A model generated the notes under the pieces. It ran no database searches, was not told where the DNA came from, and worked only from the letters and a program-made list of their open reading frames with translations. A stretch of 63,934 nt of DNA, filler included, from Choristocarpus tenellus KU-1152 (lineage: Eukaryota; Protista; Phaeophyceae), in NCBI GenBank assembly GCA_964200185.2. It is 8 parts of 8 records of this genome, joined end to end, with 100 filler letters (N's around TTAATTAATTAA, not from the genome) between each part and the next. Parts side by side here need not be neighbours in the genome. Positions count along the whole stretch, not along the records: positions 38,513 to 41,900 come from CAXNAD020020371.1; positions 42,001 to 50,491 come from CAXNAD020004654.1; positions 50,592 to 63,934 come from CAXNAD020001516.1; 5 more parts are not named here. One strand, given 5' to 3'. Each line of letters begins with the position of its first letter. Positions within the stretch are counted from its first letter, which is position 1. Shown in pieces: positions 38,513 to 51,224 of this stretch. The position numbers and the translations under genes were made by a program.

Positions 38513-41147
38513 GGCTCTCTGGCCTTGCATCTTTATCTGCATCATTTCTCCTCCTCCTAGTGCCAGATGATAGTGTAGTGGAAAGAGTAGTTGACGAAAG
38601 GAAGGGTGGCACCCCTCCCCCCCATGTCATACTCTCAGATGAAGACGTCTCCCTGTAACTCAGTGGTAATAACTCCTTGGCTTGGACACTAACAGACCTT
38701 GGTAGCAAACCTTCATCCCTCCACAGCCCGTACCCCCTTTCCTCCCTGTCGATCATGGACGGTTCACCAATCCCATCGCTAGGTGCTGAGCCCTCAGCAA
38801 GGTCATTCACAGGGAATGGTGGCAATACATTAAATAAAGATGGTCCACCAAGGCCTTTTGTACCTTTTGACATTGATGTTGTTGCCCTACCTTGCGCTAT
38901 TAGGAACTCAGCATCAAGATCACTAACATTTGACTGTGAGTCCGCACACCATGACATCCCACCGCCTAAATGTGACACCTGGCTAAACAATGATATATCT
39001 TCTCTAGCATGTGAAACTGAGGCAAGTACATTACTATTATCACCACCCACAAATTGTTTACTTCCAGCAGGTTGCACCTGTACTTGCACAGATCTTTGCA
39101 TTTTTGATGGAAGCATTATCAAGTCTCTAGAAAACGATTGTGTTGACCAAAGCATTGCTGGGTTCCTACGAGTGCCCGCCAACGTTGCACCTGGTAGACC
39201 ACCTTGTAATGACACCGCCGTAGACTTTGACTGTGTCCCCTTGTCCTCAGTGACACTGACGTTGTTTCCCCATCCCCCATTGAAGGCATCCTGGTGCATG
39301 TTTGGAGGAAGATGACAATCAGGGCGATGGAATTGGTGACAGTCTTCATTCTGACCCGATACCACAAAAGTGGAAGAACCTGAATGGTGTTCCTGATTTC
39401 CCATTGTTGTGGAGGTTGCTGCTGTCGTGACATTAGCTGCATCCCTTTTTTTCGGACCAGTACGCTTACGCACACTGAAGATGCACTGAGTCCTGCGGCG
39501 AACACAACGATAACAGGGCCTGGTTCCGTCACAACCCTGCCGTGGTGGAAAAGAGGGTAAAATTGTGTGAGCTCCTATTGATTACTGTCAGAATGAAGTG
39601 CTGATATAAATACATGCTACGATTATTTAAAAAAAATTGTAGATGCCATATCAATTCTACCTCCCCTAAATTGTTCACAAAAAGTGAAACACAGCCAGAA
39701 AAGTCCCTCAACATTACCGTCTTATTCAAACATCTTTGGTATAGGAGGGTAAAGCGACCTTGGGAGAGTAAGAGGAATATATAATTATTGTCATTCACGC
39801 TACATAAATCACAAGGAAATCATTAGATGAGGTGAAGAGGTAAGAGCGTAAGATCAGAGGATGGCGATGACTGAGATTTTCTTTGCTTTTGACTTGAAGA
39901 GAGTGGAATGCTTCTTGCAGCTTGATGTGTGGAGCTTGTTCTCTTGTGATTTTTGGAGAGTGACAGAGATAAGAAATATTGATAGATCAACACAAGGTTT
40001 ACATATCTGACACTGTCAACGAACCACCATAGGTTCATCCATTTCAGAACAAAATAATTAACCAAGCACAAGGAATAACTATCGACCGTGAGAGATTCTA
40101 CTTTCTCCAAAGTGCCTCATGGAGCAAGGAGGATATATGAGCAGTTAGTTACTTCTGAGGGATAACCACCTACCTGGATTTACTAGTGGTATAAGAGGAA
40201 GGCGTGTTTAGTGTTATTGATGGGTTAAGTGGAAGAGGAAATAAGGGAATTTTATCCTTAGCATCATGAAACAGGGGCAAGGAGGAGGTATTTTCGAGGA
40301 GAGGGTTATGGAAGTAGAGGCTTTTTGTGCTTGTGCTTGTGCTTGTGTTTTTATGCCTTTAGATACACTTTCTACCTTTTGCTTTGCTTTTGCAACGTAC
40401 CCATTTCAGGTTTGGGAAACTTTGGACAAGTGGAGAGGACATAGACGGCAGTGGTCCTTGTCGATCCCCTCTTAAAATCCGTCCTGTTACATCTACAACG
40501 TTCATATCATTTGTTGCTCTCACCTTTTTGTGCCGGCTGCATGCGTCGCATGTTTTGCGTAGCTTGGGTATTCCATGAGCTGGGGACACGAGGGGACCGT
40601 ATGTGGGTACCTGTTGTGTGTACATCCGGGCCTGTTGAGGGTCCAGAACACCCCCCCCCTGTAAAGTATTCCCGTCTGCTGAAAATTCATTCCCCACATC
40701 GTCCGCCTTTGTGTCACCTACCCCCGCTGACAATGATGCCACTGTAATTGGAAGAAGCACTCTATGACTCATGGTACACCCCGGACCTCGACCTGCTGAC
40801 CCCAAAGGCCCTCGTCCATCGGCCCGATATTCAATCGAGGTGTCTTCTTCTCCCACGAAATCCTGATTAACATGGGACTGTATAGATCCTTGGATTGGGG
40901 TGTATGGCGGAGGGCAAGCCAGCAATGGCAGCACTCGTAGGGTGCTACTGGGTGGGTGATGGTTTCTGGAAGGGTTGTGAGGACTCCAGGTCTGGTGTTG
41001 AACAGTTGTGATAGAGTCGAGATCTATGTATGACTCAACATCTGAAAAGGGTACGATTGAGGGGTGGTGTGCTCCAGGAACTACCCTGGTTGTTTCATGT
41101 ACTACAGAACTTGAAGGGGGCGTGATTGTCACATGGTGGGGGTTCAT
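38513..41147 (-). CDS. Zn(II)2Cys6 (Gal4-type) transcription factor, 3'-partial; exons 41147-40524, 39536-<38513
   Basis: Splicing reconstructs KLRKTCDACSRHKK|GCDGTRPCYRCVRRRTQCIFSVRKRTGPKK, a complete CX2CX6CX5CX2CX6C cluster with basic flanks. Confidence 0.9.
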
Positions 41148-41609
41148 CGATCGAATTGTGTGAAATGTAAATTTGGTGGTTGTTTAGGAAACGAAAGCAT
41201 ATCCACTTGTGGATATCCCTAGCAAGAACCAATTTGACAAACCTCACCTTCGTTCATCGACTGGTTTCTTATCTTCTTTGATGGTATTGGATCTCCCCCT
41301 ATGACGTATGTTGATCTTTTTCGCGAAGGTGATAGAACCTTTTTATATTACATTACCGAACAATGTTGTTGTTGGCTTTGGTCAGGTTCAAAATAGAACT
41401 AGAAGTGGATAGTTCACAAGAACTTAGGGTTAGGTTGAAGGATTAAGACGTGTTGGGGTTTCTTTCCCTGTTCTCTCTATAGATTAACAGTAGGAACCAA
41501 ACTGACTCTACAGTAGACAGTTCAACTATTCTCAAAGGGAAGTAAGTCTGTGACTAATGAGGAAATTTCCATCTTTCGCCGTCTTCCAAATATACAATAT
41601 TGAATTGGA

Positions 41610-41900
41610 TATTCATCGGCTTTTCCCCTGACACATCTCCAAAATGTCAAAGGGCAAAATAAAATAAACCAACAATTGGTGGAACGTTGTAAGTCTAGAA
41701 TCTGCGTTATACTAGTTCCTTCCTTGATTATAGTGTAGTTTTAACCTCAACACCTTACCATTGGAAGGTTTTAGGGGCTCGGTAAGCAAGCAGAAAGTTT
41801 TCTGGATGAGATTGGCTACACACGTGGTGGGGGGAGAGGGGTGGGGGGTTACAGCAGGAAAGGAGCTGTCAAATCCCGTTTACTACAGATAGTGTGTGAC
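41610..41900 (+). mobile_element. CRE-like LINE fragments: short 3' tail (41610-41670) and degenerate ORF C-terminus (41740-41900)
   Basis: Tail cccctgacacatctccaaaatgtcaaagggcaaaataaaataaa. Frameshifted translation SFNLNTLPLEGF/GLGKQAESFLDE/LATHVVGGRGVGGYSRKGAVKSRLLQIV has the ExxGxLG restriction-like endonuclease end. Confidence 0.7.
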
Positions 41901-42272
41901 NNNNNNNNNNNNNNNNNNNNNNNNNNNNNNNNNNNNNNNNNNNNTTAATTAATTAANNNNNNNNNNNNNNNNNNNNNNNNNNNNNNNNNNNNNNNNNNNN
42001 GGGTACAGAGGCGAAACCCATTTCTGATTGGGTGTGTCACATTACCTGGATCATGTCTCTTTAAGTGCAATGGAAACGAAATGAAGGGAATTGAGCAAGT
42101 CAATCAGTAATAAAATAAAATTACAAGTGCATGACATCCACGAATGACTTCAAACACTGATACACAAAATGTTCTGGTACTGACTTGTCATGGTACTGAC
42201 TTGTCACTTCAAAAGCGAGATGACTGGATTTTACCCCACTTACAAGGGAGCTGCTTGAGGGAGACCTCTGAC

Positions 42273-43979
42273 CTGCAGAAGTGCCCCACACATACCCCCC
42301 CCACGAGCCTCAATCTCGACTGTCACCATGTAGAACCATGCCTCATCCTGTCCCCCAAGAAAGAGGCAATTGCATGCCAGATTCTCAACACTTAACGGTC
42401 CCATGGGATCCAGACGGCGCCAATTGCTGAGGACGATGGAAAGGTGGGTTAGGACAGGGGGCATGCCCTCACCCTTGGCCAGTGCATGCAATGGGACTGC
42501 TACCCCTGAGGATAGATAGCCAGAGAGTAGAGCATTGGAAAGAGAGCAGACAGAAATGCGTAAAGGTTGATAGTGGGGTCTACATACTTCAAAACCCCTG
42601 CGATTCAAGCCAGAGGGAACCAGTACTGCTGAACAATGGAATTTCTGTTCTCTTCCTGTGCATAGCACCATGGCTGTATTGGGAGATACTCAAAGTGGCC
42701 AAGAGAGGATTGGGATCACTGTAGAGTACACCGAACAGATCCCTTGTTCTATTGCTTTGCAACATGAGCCTCAAGAGAGGCCACAGAATGGTTGGTCACA
42801 AGCATTGCATAGGAAAATCAAAGCACTCTGAGTAAGAATTGTCCAACAATGTGTGAGGCAAGAAGTCCAAGGACCCATAATTTCCTCTTCATCCCTGCCC
42901 AGCATCCTGCAAGGGGGATATTACCTTGTGGGATGGTATCATGAGGCTTGTCAACCCTGCCCCAAACATAGGCATGGGCCAACACACTGAGTAACAGCAG
43001 AGCACGCATTCGTTCCTCCTTGTTTTGAAGAAGACCTACGAAGAGCAGGGTGGGTACAAAAAATGAGGTGGATGGGGAAATCAGACAGACCTCCAGGTTG
43101 CCTGGTCCTGCAACTGGAATGTATTTACTCTTGATGTGCTCATCTTCTTGACCAAATCCTGTACGACGTTTGAATAACGGAGGCTACAAACAACATTACT
43201 ATGATATTAGCTTTGTCCTGGCTGCACCAGTCCACTTCGTTACTAAAGCTTGAGTATTACAAGCCTTGAGTCAGATATAGGGAATAACAAACACAGGACG
43301 CAGCTCCTGTCCACTCAGAAAGCCTGCAAAAGGGTCACACATCACTCTCTTTCATAACTATTTTTGCATTATCTCCTTCCTATTGTTATGATAGTCCATC
43401 ACACATCATGCTCCACTAAAGCTCTCTACATCACCAACTGAAAGGAAACGCTCATTTTGATGCAACTAGCTAAAGTACTATTTTGTGTACCAGACAGATC
43501 AACATCCCTTCCTTCAACATGCATGAATACACACTTTCCTGCGGACAAGGTGACCTTATTTATCTCACCAACAGGAAGCACAGTGAGGTCATCTAACACC
43601 TTGCTCGCCTGCCCTGCAACAAGGAGTTCTGGTATGGCATTTACTAGATCTTCCCAAGGCTGCAATTCCTGCTGAGGAAGTCGCAGAAGCGGGTCTTTGC
43701 TCGGAAGGAAACCTGACCACACAGCAAGAAAAGAAAACAGTATAATTTGAAATCTCTGCATACAGCGAAATTCGAGGTTCACCTGAAGAGAATAGAAAAC
43801 TATATACTGCTAGGCGGTCCCTCCCAGGTGAAGCATCGGAGATTCTCCTTGGTTAGGAAGTTATATCCACTTTCACCACACGCAAGAGCATCCTCACCTC
43901 GTACTGGGTCCACATCGAAGGATTCCAAGAGCGACAATGTGTTTGCCGAGAGCTCCATCACATGCCCTTTGGAAGGCAT
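42273..43979 (-). CDS. IDO: Indoleamine 2,3-dioxygenase, 3'-partial; exons 43979-43898, 43712-43569, 43035-42925, 42505-42273
   Basis: FDVDPVRGFLPSKDPLLRLP...PWEDL...LSVLAHAYVWG...AVP...GMPPVLTHLSIVLSNWRRLDP...FLGGQDEAWFYMVTVEIEARG are IDO-family motifs, and all phases are consistent. The start could be ATG 43958. Confidence 0.92.
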
Positions 43980-46900
43980 GTCCTCAGCTGAGTACAACGA
44001 AAAAACTCCAGGCTTTTGATGCCCCCAACAATCACCGTGCGGCATTTTTACTACAGTTACCTTCCAAAGGAGCACCTAGTGAGACAGCAGGTGATGCAAG
44101 ATAGAGGTTGAAACTTCATCGTTTGGGATTGGAGACAAGCAACCATGATGGTGAAAGAGGGGGTGGAGTTTAGTGGAGATCAAGAGGTTGGTTGTATGTT
44201 GGAACCTTGATCCGTAGAGATAGCACAATCTACACCTATCGAATTTGACATACCTAAGGAATATATGTTGAGACGCCTACCTGTCCCCCACAACATCGTT
44301 TCCTATTTAATGGGGAGGCCAATGGAATTCAAATTGAAGAGGCAGAGGAGAAAGCTGGAGGAAGTATACACGTCTCCTTCAAATGCACTTAGCACACTTA
44401 ACGAGAAAGAGTAGAGATTATCTAGGACAGCGTGGTTGTCGCTCCTTCCGACATGCCGTCGTACACGTGAGAATACCTGAGCTCTAGGGTTTCAGTCGAT
44501 TCATAGAGGATACAAAACCGGAGTCCGAAACATGTATAGATGTCAAGTAATGATACAAGAATTGGTTGATCAAATCAGGGAAGGTTTGGATCATAATTTT
44601 GTTAAACAATAGATTTCCAAAACTTCTCTGTGGCCAAAGCATATGCACACACTTGGTCTGTTCTAGGTGATTGTGCTAATTTCTGGTTGAGCTGCTCCAC
44701 GTTTAGAGCGAAAACTGTACTGCCGATCGATGTTTTCACAACATTCAACAAGATGTAGTATTCAAACATATTTTATCGAGGTTGGTAAGGTATGATAAAT
44801 ATTATTTTGCTTCTCCCAATAAAAGGCGTTATTTTGACATTTTAACTACTATATGTAATCTCTCGCAATGAATAGATTAAAAGAGCTACCCAAGAACAGG
44901 AATCAGATTGTATCAACTACTACAATATAGCAGTATACTACTACTAGCAGTATACTACTACATAACTCTTCATGATGAGGAACCTGCTGATGAACGCACT
45001 GGTACCCCCAAATCTAATTTGTCCGTGTTAGGTTGCCATTTTTTCATTATTAAGTGTACACATACATGTTGTCACGGTTTGTGGTAGGCATTTTTTTCCA
45101 AGTGTACACATCGTCGCTACTACGACTACTACTGTTCTGAATGGTGTTTGAAGTATGTTTCAAGTATCGTAGTGATTACACAAGAAGAAAACAACAAATG
45201 TGTTATATTTTATTATGACAAATAATTAACCACAACAAATAAGAGCAACATTTAACATCTGAATGCCTCCAAACTGAGAATATTATTACACATACATGGT
45301 TGCATGGCATGGAAAACCCTAAATCACAAATTCCTCACAGAGTAGTAGTAGTAGTAGTAAGTAGTAGGGTGTTAGTATAGTGTGGCAAACCAACTGAGAA
45401 GTAGGCAGGGGTGCATTTCAAGGACCATGAGAATGGGCAAAAAGATTAAATTAATACAATAATTGCAGAGTCCTTGCTGAATTGTATTGCCACTTTATGT
45501 GTGGAAAGGGGGATTCATTTTGTTGTTGTGCACAATGTTATGTACATAAAAATAAAATGGAGTGTTTTGTACTGGGTAAGAATATGACTTGAATGCAAAA
45601 GGGTTCCTGTTCGTGGATTGTGCTGCTGATACACAATAGATACCACTGGTGGAGTAGATAATAGGATGAAGAGCCAGTGATGGATATACCAGATGTATTG
45701 ACTCATTGCTGTCCAGTGATTTGTGTTATGTTCAAAAATATAATTGTCATACTGAAGACAAGTAAGTGAGTGATTCATAGTAAGTTAGTGTGGACGATTG
45801 GGAACCTCATAATATAAGAAGAGTAATGGGTGCCATCAGTTGTGAGCCCCATGAGTTCAATCAATGGGACTGAGACCGTAAGACCTTGCAACGCTAACAT
45901 TGTATGTTCACACCAACCCGCATTGTCCTGTACCAAGGCACACAATCGATCATCTTAACCACGGGTCCACTGTGGAATAATTTAACAGTTCGAATATGCC
46001 TACCTCTCAATTATATACTACTAGTGCATCAGATTTCACAAACAACAGGAGCTCACTGATCACACACTAAGAAAGGTGCCCTTTTGGGGAAGACTAGGTG
46101 TGAGGGTATCGTGGTGACTGTACGAAAATGAGACTCCTATTTGCAGGGTGAGTTCACGCACAGACAGGGAATGATGAGCGACTTTACAGGCTGTTGGTGA
46201 TGTCTGAGAAGCTTACAGACATCTGCTACAAAATGGAACTAAGGTGGACAGGAGAAGAATAACCAATGGTGGATGGATGGGTATGCCTGCGAGCAAGAGG
46301 ATTTTGAGACGATGGGATTATGGTTGAGGGATGGAGCACAAGGGTTTCTGAACAACACAGATGGCATGAATGTGTGGTTGGCACAACAAGTTTCATGGCA
46401 AAGTAGCTTTCCAGGGAAACTGTTGTGATAGCTGATGATGGTGCACGTCATGCTAAAGCAGCTACTAACGCAGCCCCAGCACCCACCGCCACCACCATTT
46501 TCTGGTGAAAGCTCTTATCCTCATTGTAAATGTTCTCTTTTTTGGTTGGTTTTCTTGCAATCCTCTTTTTCCCTCGCCTTTTATTTCCTTCAAGTGACAT
46601 GTGACGATGAGTGATGACTTGTCCGATTGGATGGAACTAGTATGACTCAAGTTTTTGTGGGCGAGTGATATTTGACATAATTAGTGTATTGCACCTACCA
46701 GGGAGGGTACTCTTCGTTACCCTAAGTGTACTGTGTTATTTCTCCTAGTTTTTCTTTATTCTTCATTCTTTTTGCTGCTTTTTTTCTGTGATAGAACCTC
46801 TTACTGCATCTGTATCCCAAGCAGTGTTTGTGGTGTGTATGCATTGTGGTGCGGCAGATCACCTCCAAGGACAAGCTTTTATCCTCATGGACATGAGCTT

Positions 46901-49398
46901 CCAAAGTGAAAGGAGGGGCAAGGGAGAGAGAGAGATCATGACAGGATACTTGGGGCATATGGCTACGGTGTGTTGAATAACAATGGTGATGGCCTGTTGA
47001 TGTTGCAGGAGTAGTGAACAGACTTGCACTTTTCAACACATTTTTCGGTGTACCCAAACGTACTTGTGTTTGGCGACTGTGATCACTTTCATGTGGCAAT
47101 CTCCTCCTGCACCAGCCTCATTCAAATGCCAGATGTTCATGAAGAAGTATTCGTCTCCATCCTCCACACATTTTTACGACCTACCCATATCCTGTCTACT
47201 TGGGTCCTCTGCAAGAAAACATCACTTTTTAACTGGGATCCTTTACACCACCACCAACTTTTCTCAGGTCCTCCCGTTCCTCCCTCCAGTTTCACAAGAA
47301 CTGCGTACAATTTCCCCAAATATACTTACATATACATACATAGATACAAACGTACATACATAATACATACACCAAGTTTTTAAGGAAGCATAAATCATCT
47401 ACGCACATCATGAAACTACAAACCCCGCCTGTTTGGTGGATATAGTCATGTTGATCATCTCATGCCCAGTTTTCAGTGTTAAATTTGTTCTTCCCTGTTA
47501 TATATCAGTCAGGGGGTGATCTGTGCCACATTTTAAAATTCGTATAGTTACTTGTCTTCAGACTGGATAGGTTCCTGAATGTTATAACATTTCGTACACT
47601 GTCTACACTTGGCATATTCCTTTTCCTTAGGTATTCAAGATTGAAGCCTCCAGGGAGAGATTGATCGGATCAGGCTATTTTCATACATACATCCAAAGAC
47701 TTTGCAAGTCCAGTGATTCTTGCGCCTTGCACATGACTTTGGTTAACTGGTGTGACGTAGCCACAATGGAGGCATAGATGTTATGGGACGTCACGAGATG
47801 AAATATTGGCACGTTTCATGATCCTCAATACAACTGCTGTTCTCCTTGTGAAGGAGAGGCATAGTATGAGCAAGGCATCCAGATTCTGAGCTCTACCTTC
47901 TGCCTTGAGGGGTAAAGGGGGGGCAAAGAGGGGGCATTTTCATTACTGACTACAAGCACAAAAAATGGAATGAGAGTGTGGGGACTTACTCGAGTTCATC
48001 ACAAACAACAGAGTAGAGAGTGAATCAGGTCACCACACTATGCCAGCCATGGATCATTATTTATATGCTGCACATTGCACCCTGCTAGCTGTAATAGGTT
48101 ATATTATCTCCTTCCAGTAGGTTTTGAGTCTTCTGGTGCTTTGCCTATACAGGAGCACATTCTCAGCCTCTCCGGGTGATGTTGGTTGGTGATCATGTTG
48201 CAAGTCGCCTCTAACCCAAGATGATCCTCCTAGTCAGTATTTCTGTGACTATTATACGAAACATTTGTGGAATAGTGCATTATGACACACATGGACACAC
48301 AGCCCAAGTGGCAATATCTATAAACAGTCCACACACCTAATACATGCAATGCATTCTATTACACAGTAGTAGATTGATTGGAGACATATTTGCTTATGGG
48401 TCAGGAAGGATTTTTTTATTTGGTTTTCTTCCACAGCATCGCAAATACATAACTGGAAATATATTCCTACTTCATATTGTTGTTGAAGAAAACGCTTAAT
48501 TCTTCTTAACAAATTTTGTGATACACAACACCATTAAATCACACCTAGAATCTTAGAGGGGGCGTGTTTAGTCCAAGTTGTCTATACAGGGCTTGGCGGG
48601 ATTTTATAAGATACCCCAGCTTGATGCAGTCCACACTTTTCCTTTTCCACAGGAAACAATACTGTTTCATTTTCTCAGTCAACAGTTTCCAAATCATTCT
48701 TTAACACAAGGGTCCAAGCATGTTTTTGACAAATGATAACTAGCCTGTAAAAAAGAAAATCAACTGTATTGTTAGACTGCACGAAACATAGTGACCTTAA
48801 ACATGCAAGAAAAAAACATGGTGTTCTAGAGGTCAGAGTCAACTACACACTATGCCCATCAGGCTACTGTGTTCCAGTTAGTAGTGGTAGACAATAATCC
48901 TTACCACACAATCAATTAAGGAATAAACTAGTCTAGGAGTTGGTTCACCATGACCAAAATCTAATGTTACCATCAAACAAAAAATACTCTAGAGTAACAG
49001 TCACCTCTTGGGAAATACAACCTGCTCTCACAATAACAGTCACCTGGGAAAATTTACAAGACAGATTTGTGTCAGTATCTCTGTGCCAATGAAATAGTGA
49101 AAAGGCATCATCTAGGCTCTTCATCGTGTACCAATTCTTGGTGATCGTTCTCCTAACAACGATCAAAAGCAAAGTAATCACATCATCACTATCTTTGACT
49201 ATTGGTATGTAGTAATTCAGTGCATTTTTTACAGAAAGTTTCTATTGCAGCAGAGGGTCAGAGTCTCCTCACTCTATTTCAACCCATCCTACACTGCCCA
49301 CCCAGTATTAAAAATGACATCAAAATACCCCACTTTAAGTAATCCTGTCAAAACAGAGGAATCTAGATGCCACAGCTTGAGAGACACTTCAGGCACTG

Positions 49399-50327
49399 TC
49401 ACCCTCGACCTGAAGACACACGATCACGGTTGGAGGAGGCAGCATCCAGCAACGCCTTGCAGGTATTCCACATTTGGAGCGAGGCTGCAGGCTCATTTGC
49501 TGGAAGGCTGGGGCAGGCAGGCGCACAACCAACATACACTCCCAACAACTCAAACGGGAGCGTTATCCCAAAAGGAAGCCAGTAAGGTTGATAGTAGTCG
49601 CTCCCTGTCAAGAAAAAAAAAATGTCAACCCAATAAGGAGGTGCAAGGGTTATGGCTAAGTGGGATGGGGAGGTCGTGCATGAAGGAGCATTACGGCCGA
49701 CCAAAATTGGAACACACAAATCCAGCAAAGCTCTTGAACAAGCATGCCCCTAGCCCATTCATAGGAACTGTGCTAGCCCATGTGAAACGGGATGGACAGC
49801 CTTCCCACACTTTCTTTCCATCCCACACCTTGCAACATTGACACATCTTGTCCTAAGCAAAGCTCAAAAAGTGCATTGCAACCAGTACACACAATACAAC
49901 CCACAACACACACCGTATATAAAACACGTGCATCTTGCACGAAAGCCAAGCAAACACCTCACCTCAAACCCTCCTGTACATACACATTCCACTCCAGCTG
50001 CACTAGAACACTAGAACACTAGAACACTGTAACACCAACACACGCATAAATCAAAACATACCATCCACTCAATAGCAAAGACCAGGAAAGAATGCCTTAC
50101 ATACCCTGGTAACACTCACCACTAAGTCCCTCAAGGGGCAGAACAGATGCACACACGGTGGGATGACAGCCCTGCTCCACACTTAGGTACAGCATCCAAG
50201 TGAAGAAGTCATACACAAACCTCACAAAACTAGGTAAAAAACGCCAAATATCGCTTCGTACTGCTCCAGGATTGACTGCAAAGGCAGTAGATGTCACCCC
50301 AGCGGACAAAAACCTTCGTCGGAGCTC
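49399..50327 (-). CDS. Short-chain dehydrogenase/reductase (retinol dehydrogenase/WWOX-like), last two exons (50327-50120, 49604-49399)
   Basis: ELRRR...GVTSTAFAVNPGAVRSDIWR...SVEQGCHPTVCAS...YYQPYW...SLQMWNTCKALL is a typical RDH-type SDR C-terminal half. Confidence 0.85.
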
Positions 50328-51224
50328 CTGTAGGATCAGGCAGGGCACACAGAGTGTGTAAGGCGGGGAGTGGAGAGGGGAGGGATAGCGTGGTAGTGAA
50401 TGGAAGGTCCACAGTGAGACAAGCATATTGTTTCAGTTCAAGGATATCCCAAGTGGGGGGGGGGGGGGGGGAAAAGGAATGCTTCTTGCGGNNNNNNNNN
50501 NNNNNNNNNNNNNNNNNNNNNNNNNNNNNNNNNNNTTAATTAATTAANNNNNNNNNNNNNNNNNNNNNNNNNNNNNNNNNNNNNNNNNNNNATATGTGGT
50601 TTGTGCATGGGGAACAGGGAAGGAGAAGCTCCATCAACCAGCAACGACAATGCTCTTGCTGAACCAGGAGTAAGGGCACAGAGGGGGGCTGTGAGTGGGT
50701 ACCAAGAATAATAGAACAGGGGTGGGCAATGCCGGGTTGATGGTCTGTGCCTGCCTGTGCCTGCCTGTGCCATAATTGGTGATCGTCCAAATGAACACAT
50801 CACAGACCAGGACCTCTACCAAATACAAATCAAATTTTGGCTGACCATCCTCTCTCACCAATGATTTTATTGTTAAAATTAGGGTTATATACAAGATCTT
50901 CATGTATGTGAACCTATTTTGTGAACTTTTATAGACTATTAGTATATATGGTAGAATAGAAGGGTTAGGGCTGAGGGAAGGTGGGAGTTCGATGAGGAGA
51001 TGAAGGAACAACTTACATTTTTTGAAAATTATGTTCAAACAAAAATAGGTTTCTTTATTGGTGGGTACCACCTCTGAGAATGGGAGGGGCAAGTTCTCAA
51101 ACTGAGATCAACACGGATTTTGTCACATTGGTTTTAGAGACTCAGGAGGGTTGGGTGTTCCATTCTAGTGAGAGATCTGAGAAGGTTAAGGGCGCTAGTT
51201 TCCCGTAGATTAGTACGCAAAGGG

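Noticed and set aside
43605-43620. Second GC donor (CAG|GCGAGC) in IDO exon 2
   Set aside because: The exon reads on in frame to a canonical G|GTGAGA donor at 43569 with matching phase.
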